From positions 118,420,001 through 118,484,000 of the forward strand of contig OX597820.1 of assembly GCA_951406725.2 (NCBI GenBank): a stretch of DNA of 64,000 nt. Direction: 5' to 3'. The notes below the pieces were generated by a model that saw only the letters and a list, made by a program, of their open reading frames with translations, was not told the origin of the DNA and ran no database searches. The translations under genes were made by a program, and so were the position numbers. Origin of the DNA: Octopus vulgaris (lineage: Eukaryota). Position 1 is the first letter of the stretch; the number at the start of each line of letters is the position of its first letter. Below are positions 27,879 to 39,928 of the stretch, in pieces.

Positions 27879-29153
27879 ATAGGGGTTAGTTGACTGCAAA
27901 ATCCTCTAGACACATTTGTCCTCGGCAGGATTTGAACTCAGAACGTAAAATGCCGGAAGCTATATCACAAGGCATCTTTCAAACTCTGCAACGCGTCTAC
28001 CTGTTTATTCTTCTAAATTGTTTCTAATTATGAGAGAAAAGGTGGACATCGGTGCGAAAAGGATTAGTCGATGTTATTGGCGCCTCTGCTTGGATCGTAC
28101 TGTGTTTCTGGATCAATGGAATGAGCAACAGGAGGATGAAACACACATTTGACTCGGCTGGGATTTGAACTTAGAAATGTAAAGTACCGGAACAAGTTCC
28201 ACAAATCATTGTGTCCAATAATCTAAAAATCGAAATGAACTAATATTAGAAACCATTTCTTATACAAATAATTAACCTTGTCTGGTTGTCATTTTTCTCT
28301 ATAAGAACTGATAACTTATTTGGTGAAAATAATATTTATCGATTGGCTGACTACCTCTCTTTATAGTTTGAATGAAGTGTTATGTCTCTGCATGGCTTGA
28401 AGAGTAAAGAACACAAATAGATACACGTTAGGTTCACCGTGAATGTAGAGGAGCTGGTGTTTATGAAAGCAAAGTCAACGAAATACCCTCACAAATGAAT
28501 GCTGTTCATGGCAGGTTTCATTTTAGCCCAAGGTCCGTCTAGCGATTGACCAAACCTATGATCTGTGATAGCCTAACCAAGAACCTCACATCTTTTGTTC
28601 AGTTATATTATACTCGGAGCCACGTCATCTAAAGTGTACTCTTATTTAAGAGAGTAGAATGCGATATGAAGAATATTTCACTGCTGTAGCTATCAGATAG
28701 AGGTAGTTTTTATAGCTATATAAATAGAGCTTTTGGAAAGAGAGCAAAATAAGCTAGTCATAGACATGATTATGTTAACATTAACATTTTGTAAAACAAA
28801 ATCAATATATGACAGCCTCCCATATACTCGCTATCAAAGTTGTTTATACTATTTCTTTGAAATCTAAAAGAAAAACGAATATTATTCATTATAAATTGAC
28901 GTGTTTATTGATAACTGACGCACACAGAGGTTATATATAGAATAACGGAGTAGTTGGTAGCAGTATATAGTTTATTAAAAATGTCGCTTTGGATTGCTTT
29001 CATGTTATTCCTGTTTAAACTATAAATACACTTGAAATAATAAGAGAAACTAATGTCAGGATATCTTGTCATGTCTGCAACGAACATCCAAACAAAATCT
29101 TATCAAAATACAGAGAGACACACAACACAGAAATGCGCATTTATAAACACATT

Positions 29154-29203
<50 letters not shown>

Positions 29204-29924
29204 ACACATTTCTTGAATAGTAGCATACCATTAAAGTTTAAAAAGTGTATACGGAAGTGTGTTTAAATGTTTATAAGAAGTGTATTGGCTCGCGTGAATT
29301 TTAATAATAGTAACCTGAGTTCTTCTCTAACAGTGATGCACTACGAAGGAAATGTGGCTTATATTTACTGAATGCTATTCCATTGTAAGACTTATTCAGT
29401 ATAACAAGATGGTGGTCGGCTGGTGGAGTGGCTACAACGCTGAACAGAGTCCGTCGCTATTTTTGTTCTGAATGTCTGTGTTTTGAGTTCCAGTTGAACA
29501 CAACGATGGCTTCCTTACATTTGGAGATGACAAAAGTAAAAGTCCAGAGCGATGGATTTGCGTAATTGTCAGTATGTCGGATTGTATGCTTTACGATAGC
29601 TAATTCGGTCCATTCCAGTCTGAGAGCAACGCCTGCTCTGACGCTATTGTCGCGTTATATCGACCCATATCTTAATCAATCTTGCAGTTGAACAGCATAC
29701 GTCATGAAAAGGGAGCTTTCCAAGCATGGGCACATGTCAGCCATTTACCTAAAGAAAAATCGTTATCAGGGCCTGCGTATCTAAACAGAAACGGCGAATG
29801 TAGACAAATGGTCAGCCATCTTAGATATTATGAAAATTCTTTTTAGATTGTCTTATGGCAGTATTTTCTCAACTGTATTTAAACATTTTCCTGCTCTCAT
29901 TAATTAGACCCTTGCTCTAATAAT

Positions 29925-30425
29925 TATTTTATTCTTTTACTTGTTTCAGTCATTTGACTGTGGCCATGCTTTAGTCGAGCAAATCGGCCCCAGGTCTTAT
30001 TCTTTGTAAGCCTAGTACTTATTCTATCAGTCGCTTTTGCCGAACTGCTAATGTACGGGGACATAAACACACCAACACACCAACATTGGTTGTCAAGCAA
30101 TCGTGGGGTGGGGTGGGGACAAACACAGACACACAAATACAAATGCATACTTATATATATGTTCAATAATAATAAAGGGTAAAATTAATTAATCGATTAA
30201 TAATTAATAATTTTACGTACTAGTTCGGTATGTTAAAAGAAACGTTATCGGTAAACTTATACAAAAATTCTATAATTATGAGCATAATTATAATTGCTGT
30301 TTGGGAGTTATCTTATGGTAGTAGAATAGTATTTTAACTGCTATTTCTAAATTTCGGTATGTGGTGAAGCAAATTTTGCTGAACCCTATTTATAATTATG
30401 CTCATAATTATAGAATGTTTGTGTG

Positions 30426-30470
<45 letters not shown>

Positions 30471-30506
30471 GTATATATATATATATATATATATACATAC
30501 ACACAC

Positions 30507-30549
<43 letters not shown>

Positions 30550-30556
30550 CACACAC

Positions 30557-30604
<48 letters not shown>

Positions 30605-30765
30605 GACGGGCTTCTTCCACTCTCCGTCCACCAAATTCCCTCACAGGGATTTGATCTACCCGAGGCTATAGTAGAAGATACTTGCACACGGTACAATGCA
30701 TTGAGACTGAACTTGGAGGCATGATGAAACTCGAACGTAAGCTTCTTTGCCACACAGTCACACGT
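29925..30765 (-). mobile_element. SINE family C interrupted in its internal (TA)n tract by a PLE-type stub (30165-30425)
   Basis: Tail at 29925-30160 and head at 30602-30765 both match the copy at 31401-31809. Confidence 0.75.
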
Positions 30766-30855
30766 TAAGGCCGTAAACTGATTTTCGAAACTAACGTGAT
30801 GAGTTATGTGTAAGAAACCATTGCCAGTATATTCCACCATGATATAAATTGAGTA

Positions 30856-31163
30856 GGTGGTGGTTGTTCCTTCTCGAGCCATGCCTGGCTCATAAGGGCC
30901 GGTTTCCCGGTTTCCTTGGCGTATAGGTTTCCCCACCTGGCGTATAGGTTCCCCACGCAGGTGAGCTGCAAGATGCAGGAGGTAAGAGTGAGAGAAAATT
31001 GTGGCGAAAGAGTCAGCAGAAGTTTCGCCATTACCTTCTGCCGGAGCTGCGTGGAGCTTAGGTGTTTCGCTCATAAACACACACATCGCCCGGTCTGAGA
31101 TTCGAACCCGCGATCCCTCGACCGCGAGTCCGCTTTTCTAACCACTAGTCCATGTGCCTTCAC
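30856..31163 (-). mobile_element. tRNA(Arg)-like SINE with a family B head and a different (RTE-like) tail
   Basis: Head GGACTCGCGGTCGAGGGATCGCGGGTTCGAATC. Tail GCCAAGGAAACCGGGAAACCGGCCC...GCATGGCTCGAGAAGGAACAAC. Confidence 0.8.
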
Positions 31164-31400
31164 AAACTGAATAGGGATTAAAGAAAATGTATTTTTTTTC
31201 TTAGGTGCATAGCAGGGCGGTCTAAATTATTGGAATTTCACGCCCGACTAATTTAGAAGGACGGAAGTGTCATTCTAAGACAATTGATAACGGCACCAAA
31301 ACACACACAAATATACCTCGTGAATGTTCTCAAACACATTCATACATATACATTCACATACATTCCCCTATTAAAATAGTAAAGTCGTAAACAGGGTATA

Positions 31401-31809
31401 CTCTTTTACTCTTTTACTTGTTTCAGTCATTTGACTGCGGCCATGCTGGAGCACCGCCTTTAGTCGAGCAAATCAACCCCGGGACTTACTCTTTGTAAGC
31501 CCAGTACTTATTCTATCGGTCTCTTTTGCCGAACCGCTAAGTGACGGGGACGTAAACACACCAGCATCGGTTGTCAAGCAATTCTAGGGAGACAAACACA
31601 GACACACAAACATACATATATATATATATATATATATACATATATACGACAGGCTTCTTTCAGTTTCCGTCTACCAAATCCACTCACAAGGCATTGGTCG
31701 GCCCGGGGCTATAGCAGAAGACACTTGCCCAAGATGCCACGCAGTGGGACTGAACCCGGAACCATGTGGCTGGTTAGCAAGCTACTTACCACACAGCCAC
31801 TCCTGCGCC
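31401..31809 (-). mobile_element. SINE family C, full length
   Basis: GGCGCAGGAGTGGCTGTGTGGTAAG head, internal (TA)n, and tail GGCGGTGCTCCAGCATGGCCGCAGTCAAATGACTGAAAC(AAGTAAAAG)n. Confidence 0.9.
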
Positions 31810-31889
31810 TATGTTCATAAAAGTCATAATCAGTGTAAGTTCGTCATGTTGCTTAAGTGAGCAAATCAGTCTTTATAATTACTTGCATA

Positions 31890-31930
<41 letters not shown>

Positions 31931-32574
31931 ACATAGATATTCACACCGATACATACATCTATTTACACACTGTCCTGCATCTAATTATAACAGGATGTAC
32001 GAAAATCAGACGAATATTTGTGTACAAGTGCGGGGGTGTCTACGAATGTGTTTATGTCATAGTTTAGTAGTTCGAAAGTATTTAGACTTAATTGAGCATC
32101 GAACAATATTGTTGTGTTATAAATGTCAGTAGGAAACGGCAGATGGTAGAAATACGCAGCTATTTTGGAACCATGAATTCTAATTTGCGTCATGGAATTA
32201 ATGTTGAATATCAATCACGTTTAACGAGGAAATGTATAAATAAAATTTAAAAGCGGAAAACAAAGGGAGATAATTCTAGATTCTTTACACGGAAACAAGA
32301 ATGTAAAAATATTACTGAAGAGCATTCGAGATAAGAAATAAGATTAAATTTCAATTGTTTGAAATATTCATCAACAAATCAACAAATATACGCCCACATA
32401 TACGAACGAGCACGCACACACACACACATACACACATTTGGCCCAGTACTTATTGTTTTTCAAGCCTGGTATTTATTCTATCGAAATATTTTGCCGAACC
32501 GCTATATTACGATGATGTAAGCACACCAACACCGCCTGTCAAATTGTAGTGAGAGACAAACATACATACGAAGA

Positions 32575-32623
<49 letters not shown>

Positions 32624-32650
32624 CTATATATCTATATATATACACACACA

Positions 32651-32685
<35 letters not shown>

Positions 32686-33357
32686 GGAAGCTTTATGAAA
32701 ATAAACAAAAGACGAAGGCAGGTGGAGTAAAAATTAAATATAAAAAATACTAAATGGGACAAGAACGCAAAAAAACACAGAGACGACACAAAGAACGGAC
32801 GGGTCATTCGAAGCCTCTAATCTTCAGTCAGGAACCGGATCGTCCTAGCAAATTTCGGCTGATTAATCCTGATATTGCTCAGATCCGGCCAGCCCCAAGG
32901 AAAAACTAAGCTGCGAACATTAGATTTCTTGGAAAAAGGATCGAATGTATACGAAACAAGGACAGAAACACAGGCGATGCCACACGAATATAAATACAAA
33001 AAATAAAAATAAAATTAAAAATAAGAATGGTAATAACGGGACAAAAACAGCGGGTGTCTTACGACTTTAGACAATTGCACTTATCTTAGCGGGCGTATTA
33101 TCAAATAAATGCCTTTCCGGCAGACGAAGAGAGAAGCCGTGTTGTCACAGCAGCGGTCACTAGCGGAAAGGCTAGTTAACCAGCAGGTCACGTGAGAGTA
33201 GAGAAGAAGAGATTGAAAAAAACAAGGGGACAAAGGAATCAAAGAGAGAGAGGGAGGGGGAAGAAACAGAGCGCGCCAAAAGATTTCTCTGTATATCTAC
33301 CTTCTCTATAATGTTGCCACTTGATTTGAAAATGTTTGTATTAATGGAAAAGCTCTA

Positions 33358-33450
33358 TAATTGGCTGATGAGTACTCAGCATCTTAAATCTGTTGTAATA
33401 CTTACAACATTTAATAAAATGATGTAGTACGAAACGATCGTACCAAATTA
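33358..33450 (+). ncRNA. Canonical type I hammerhead ribozyme in a short insert ending in (TA)n
   Basis: TAATTGG-CTGATGA-GTACT...AGTAC-GAAAC-GATC-GTA-CCAAATTA. Predicted cleavage after 33442. Confidence 0.9.
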
Positions 33451-33471
33451 CCGGAGTCATTCTTGTTGCTT

Positions 33472-33538
<67 letters not shown>

Positions 33539-34237
33539 GTCTAATGCTGCCACAGAGGAAGATTCCTCGAGAACCTTTTATTCAATCGAATAAGAATTAA
33601 TAAAAAACTACCGTACATTATGAATTGTTTTGGGATAATATTTTGTTTTTGTTTCCATCATATATAGTGTGGGATTTGCCAGATTTAGAAAAGAAATGTG
33701 ACGTTCGTTGTTTTATTTAATTAAAAAGGCTCTTCTCAGTGAATTTCCGGCAGTTTTTCAAGTTACCGTCCCTTAGATTTCATAATCGATATGTTAAAAT
33801 GGAAAACTGAATATTCAATTAGTTTCTTTGTAACTGTTGCGTTACAGCTGTTGTAATCAAAGAACGAGTTATGTGACAAAATATTCTTTGGTAACATGAG
33901 AGATTTTCAATTATATTGGCCGATCTTAAGTGTTCTACTAACGAATCAAGTTACGTTTCAAAGGTCAATTTGATCAAAAGTTTTTAAAGCAATGTTAAAG
34001 AGAATTTTTGTGATCCGAATTTTGGGTGAAATTCTAAAGTGGAAATCATACTCTCACAGAAAGTATTTAAATGCTTAGCGAGCTGTGAAAGAAATTGACT
34101 TCTGATGATATGAGTTTGTGGTTCGGTGTGTTCTTAGTATATATATATATATATATATATGTTTAGACTAACCCATGCCAGCATGGAAACTGTGTGTCGA
34201 ATGATTATGAACACGCACACTCACACACATACGCACA

Positions 34238-34270
<33 letters not shown>

Positions 34271-34589
34271 CTTATACATATGTGTAGATTCACTCATATT
34301 CATAAGTAACAGGTATATATATATATATATATACATGATGGCTGCCCCCTCGTTATCGAGTATGGCCATTGTACGAAGCTTAACTGTTACTGGTGCTGTG
34401 ATCGAATGTGACTTTTTAGCCCAGCTAAAGATCTACAATGTCTTGTACAGAATTGGCAGCTAAAACCTTTACCGGTAATAACCGGCTGTAGTTGTAACTG
34501 GGCTTCATGTACCATTGCATGTCGTTTAAGTCCTGCTGAATTACACTCTCTTCCACATGCCTGTCAGATATGACTGGTATGGTGTGTTA

Positions 34590-34860
34590 CACGACCACCA
34601 GTGGCCAGGTTGTCACTCATCTGTTTCGCTTTTTGACTACGAAGATGACTCATAAGTCCAGCTTTACTGAGGCAGGGTCTTGCACAGACACTGCATGTCA
34701 GCATCATAGGAAGACCCTTACCATCTGGAAGTGCAACAGAGATGCCCTTCCTGATATCCCTCCTTACTTTCTCATGCGCAACTTGAGATCTCTCAAAAGT
34801 AGCTATTCCCTCGTACACAATCCTTCTCTACCTGCTATGATCAATAGCTATGCCCTCCCA
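34590..34860 (-). mobile_element. RTE-clade LINE 3' fragment
   Basis: YEGIATFE...LTCSVCARPCLSKAGLMSHLRS, the C-terminal C2H2-like motif of RTE/BovB elements. Confidence 0.65.
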
Positions 34861-34952
34861 TGTGTCAGGAGAGATGCAAACATACATGCATACACACATA
34901 CATACATACTTATGTATGTATGCATAATGCATACATACATGCATATATACAT

Positions 34953-35275
34953 ACATGGACAACTGCTTCAAAACCTCCAGCTTCTATATCCAGACTCTGA
35001 ATTCATATTCATACCAATAATAATTGGAGCACTAGGTTTCATTAGTAAATGCTTAAAGGGAGAATCTGAATCAACTGGGATTTTCAGAAAGAGAAATTGA
35101 CCAGTTGATTCGTACATTACAAGTGCAATCTGTGAGTGGAACAGTAAAAATATGCAAGACTTTTCTCAAGTTCCAAATGTGAATTTTTCCTTGTTAACTA
35201 TATCCTAAAGATGGAGTCTTGTAACTTTGTTGGAAACCGGCTCCCTCCTCAGTAGAAGATTGATAATAATTAAAA
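34953..35275 (+). mobile_element. RLE-type non-LTR retrotransposon 3' fragment (R4-like)
   Basis: YGQLLQNLQLLYPDSEFIFIPIIIGALG...LQVQSVSGTVKICKTFL followed by a short UTR. Confidence 0.65.
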
Positions 35276-35800
35276 AATGTAAGAGACATGCATATATAAT
35301 TTTTTTGTTAGGTTTCTATTCATATTTATTACGGAATTCTCTCTCCGATAAACAATAAATAAAGAGCATTTCTTATTAATTATTTTAAACATTTTTTTTA
35401 CATCAATAACTTTAAATGAATAGATCAGTTGTTATATACTAAAAATAGAATTATAATTTATATTTTTATACACGTTTTATTACAGTTTCTAGATTAAGTA
35501 AGACCCTGATACTTAAGTATATATATATATATTATTGTTGTATGTTATTATAATAGCATAAGATTGTCTTCGACATAAACAAGTTTGGTTTCATATTATT
35601 TGAGATATATAGAAATATATTTCGATAGTTGTAGATTATACTTAATTATTTTGTCCGTTATAATTTTGTTGTTTTTTAAATTGTAATTGATATGTAGCTG
35701 AATGTCTAACACTTACGCTCATAATACATAGGAATTTGATTGAATTTTTTACAATCCTGCCGTCCATTCACACGGAATTTCATCTATCTTCAAACCATTG

Positions 35801-35878
35801 GCTCTGATGAGACTTATATAAGTGAATTGAATTGTGATTATATAAAAAAATGTATATAAGTGGAAATAAATTGTTGGC
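35801..35878 (+). ncRNA. Type I hammerhead ribozyme (near-canonical)
   Basis: GCT-CTGATGA-GACTTATATA...TATATAAGTG-GAAAT-AAATT-GTT-GGC. Stem II has 9 bp, but its first pair is a G.G mismatch. Confidence 0.7.
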
Positions 35879-36319
35879 TTTTTCGAGTTTTTTTTTTTTA
35901 ATAATTGTATATGTTATATCATATTATATTCATAGTATAGTATGTTATATTATAATATAGATAAATTATTGGATTCTTAATTGTATCTCTGTGTTTAATT
36001 TGTTGTTTTCAATTTGCATTATACCCATATCTATGTGGCATTCAACTGATGTACAAGTGAATTTGATGTTTAACACACTCGTTTGAAATAATTTTTTCCA
36101 TTGTTTGTTACTTTATATATGTATATATATGAGTGTTTTTGACTTAATTACTGTGTTGCTGTTGCTGAGTTGTTGCTGGTTACTTCGTCGTTGTAACGGG
36201 TTTTGTAATTCAAATAGACACAATGGCGCTGCTTGTGAGTAATGTCCCTGTGTCACGTAACCTACGCTCAATTCGGAGAAGAAATGGGGAACTACATTCT
36301 GTACTGGTTGCCTTATACT

Positions 36320-36664
36320 TTTCTACTCCAGGCACAAAGCCCGAAAGTTTGGGACAGGGGCCAGTCGATAAGATCGACTCCAGTACGCAAGTGGTGCTTA
36401 ATTTATCGACCCCAAAAGGATGAAAGGTAAAGTCGACCTCGGCGGAATTTGAACTCGGTGCGTAAAGACAGGCGAAGTACCTATTTCTTTACTACTCACA
36501 AGGGGCTAAACACAAAGGGGACAAACAAGGAAAGATAAACGGTTTAAGTCGATTATGTAACCCCAGTGCAAAACTGGTACTTATTTAATCGATAACCGAA
36601 AGGATGAAAGGCAAAGTCGACCTCGGCGGAATTTGAACTCAGAACGTTTCTGCAGCTCACCGCC
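36320..36664 (-). mobile_element. SINE family A
   Basis: Reverse complement of the body at 320-712, with the head partly deleted. Confidence 0.85.
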
Positions 36665-37410
36665 TTATTAAAGTATCAATGTACTGACATCCTTTATTAT
36701 CCGCATCTTTTCACTTAGCCGGGCATCTATTTCATTTTTATGGGCAATGAGAGTCCTCAACTACAACATTCAGCTACGAAATCTCTTGATGAGTTTTAGC
36801 TGCATCATTAGACGTTTTTCTTAAATTCCTGATTTAATTCTGTATTATAGAAACGTTAAATATAGAAAGCATTTGATTTCTTTGGGAAGACTAACATTTA
36901 TCCATCATCCATACTTCGAAATCTTTTGAAATATTTCAACTAAATTCTCAGCTTCGTACATCATTAAACATGTTCAATGTGAGATAAATATTTACTAAAA
37001 AAAACTTCAAGGTTGTCGCGAAATATTCGTTGATATATTTTAAAATATCTAACGATTGAACCGCGGAGAGTCTTCTATCATACTGTTATAGACTCGAAGC
37101 AAATCAATAAGTTTTTCTTTTCTTAAAGTGCGTCTTATATTTAGTAATTTAACAGTCATGAATTGAAATTTTTAGTGAAATAATACTTAGACCCTGGAGG
37201 GTGAACGTGAGACAGAGCCATCTCATACTGTTAACCTCTCTAAACGAAAATTTCTGTTGCCACTTTGAATCGCATATTCAATGGATTTCTTCGTATATGA
37301 ATATAAGAACGAATTGCCTGAATATCAGTAAAAATTGAAACTCAGGGTCGCGACGCGTGAAGTTTCAGTTTAAAATTTTAATTTAAATCTCTCTCATTAT
37401 TTAATGAACT

Positions 37411-37464
<54 letters not shown>

Positions 37465-37468
<4 letters not shown>

Positions 37469-38118
37469 CAATAAAGGGTTTGGCAACTAGTTGCCTTACC
37501 ACATACCGAATTTAGAAATAGCAGTCAAAGAGTTATAGCTATTTCTTCTACTAAAGGAGATCTCAGTAAAAACAGCAATTGGAAGGCAGACACAAACAGG
37601 TAAGAGAGGATGAATTAACGGCAATCTATCATACAATTTTAAGTTATCTACGGACGTACGTTTCGAAATCAAGTCTTTAGGAAAGCATAAGAATTAAATG
37701 TTAAATAATTCTATCTTACCGAAAACTTCTTTTCTCTTCAGCGTAGAATACTATAATCATAAATGATTATATATTGAATTTTGAGATACTAGAAGGCATC
37801 AACTCAACTCAGTATCAGAGCGAGCTAGAATCCGCAACTAGTATCACCAAATTCAATGTTTGAATGAAAAGATTGTGTCACTAGCCCCTTCCCACCCGCG
37901 TGTAGCCAAAACATGATGCTGTGGTCATCTACTGAGATAAAATATGGTTATCCGTAATAATGAAGGGTGAAATTAATTAATTTGGAATAATTATCAATTA
38001 CACCAAGTAGTCTTCGGCATGTAAAAGCCTCATTTGAGGAAAATTTAAGTAATACTAAGCAATAAAGGGTTTGGCAACTAGTTGCCTTACCACATACCGA
38101 ATTTAGAAATAGCAGTCA
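37465..38118 (-). mobile_element. Non-autonomous HHR-bearing element (retrozyme/PLE-pLTR-like): 591-bp unit plus 63-bp perfect terminal repeat, inside (TA)n
   Basis: 37465-37527 is identical to 38056-38118. Non-coding, with an internal canonical HHR. Confidence 0.8.
37645..37750 (-). ncRNA. Canonical type I hammerhead ribozyme with an elongated stem II
   Basis: TCTACG-CTGAAGA-GAAA...TTTC-GAAAC-GTAC-GTC-CGTAGA. Palindromic stem III ACGTACGT and a GUC cleavage triplet. Confidence 0.9.
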
Positions 38119-38414
38119 TATATATATATATATATGCAGACACACACGCACATATACATATATATATATATATATATTTCGTTTTGGGATTTGGCTTGCA
38201 AGATTCTTCATGTGAATTCGTGTGTTGAAGTATATTTTATTGTGTCTGGGGAAAGTCATTCTCTTTTAGTGCATTATTATTTGATACACTCACTGGTTCG
38301 ATTTCCACTCATATACTTTTTTTCTAAAACTTTCGTTGCGTTTTGCAACCTTTTCAATAGTCATTGACTCTGTCCTATGCGCATGTATGTGCGTCAGTGT
38401 GCATGTGTATACAC

Positions 38415-38445
<31 letters not shown>

Positions 38446-38717
38446 TGTATGTATGTATGTATGTATGTGTATGCATGTATGTATATGTATGTCTGTGTGT
38501 ACGTTTGCATGTATGTACGTATTCTGCATATTCATGTGTCTGTTATGCATTGGTGTGTCTCCATATGCGTCTTTGTGTGTATGTGTGAAGTGCGTGCGTG
38601 TATATAGTGAAGTGTTTCAGTCTTCATCTTGGTATGTATGCGTGTATGTGTATGTGTGTGCTTGTCTGAGTGTATTACTAATGTACCTATCTATCTGTTT
38701 ACTTACATATCCATTTA

Positions 38718-38756
<39 letters not shown>

Positions 38757-38982
38757 TTTATAAGTAAGGGCAAAAGAAAACAATTCTAATGCCAAAATAT
38801 GCCGAAAATGGAGACTACGTCAATAACCATGTAATTGATGTAGTGTCCATTTTCGGCATATTTTGGCATTAGAATTTTTTTCTTTTGCCCTTACTTATAT
38901 ATTGCTTATAAATTTATCCTTTAAAGGTATTTTTTAATATGTTGCCCATTGATAGAATTTTTTTCGAAAAATTCTATCCTAC

Positions 38983-39059
<77 letters not shown>

Positions 39060-39079
39060 ATATATACACCTACATAATA

Positions 39080-39590
39080 GCCTACTAGCAACTCTACCAG
39101 TATATATATAAACTGTGGGCATTGGGACACCTTCTACATATATTTCCTATCTAGTACTGGAGATTTTCGTTTATGAGGACGTACTCCTGTATTTGTCTGA
39201 GTATTTTGGCCTTCGGGTGTTTCGATAAAATGCGGATATCAAGTTAATGCAGTGTGATTCCATGTTGGTAGAGTACAGAGAACTGTTTTTGTTGTCATAT
39301 TGTCTCAAATGTTCATTTAGTCTCTCCGTAATGCTTCTAGATGTCTCACCTATATATATATCATGTTCGTGTCTTTACAAGCAGCTTCTATGCACATTAT
39401 GCTGTATACTACATTTCTAGCTCTACCGTGAATGCCAGAGGTAACCTTACATACCATGCATTTATCATTGGTGCATGTGGCATTCTCAAAGGAATCCGTC
39501 CTACATAGTTGTGATCTGATGGAGCTCCCTGCCTTTTCAACGAATGCTGAGTCTGGCCTTCTTCAGAGCTTTCCAAAACCTTCGGGCTAG
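39080..39590 (-). mobile_element. Degenerate LINE remnant (RTE-like)
   Basis: Fragmented coding-like sequence ([10 protein letters not shown], ...INAWYV) with many disruptions. The assignment is tentative. Confidence 0.35.
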
Positions 39591-39894
39591 TGTGCATGTA
39601 TTTATACACATACATGCATACACATCCATCCATCCATCCACCCATCCATCCATCCATCCATCCATCCATCCATCCATCCATCCATGCATGCATACATGCA
39701 TACATGCATACATGCATACATACATACATGCATGCATGCATACATGCATACATACATACATACATATATACATACATACACATCCATCCATCCATGCATA
39801 CATACATGCATGCATGCATGCATCTAACCATCCATCCATCCATCCATACATACATACATACATACATACATGCATACATACATACATACATACA

Positions 39895-39928
<34 letters not shown>

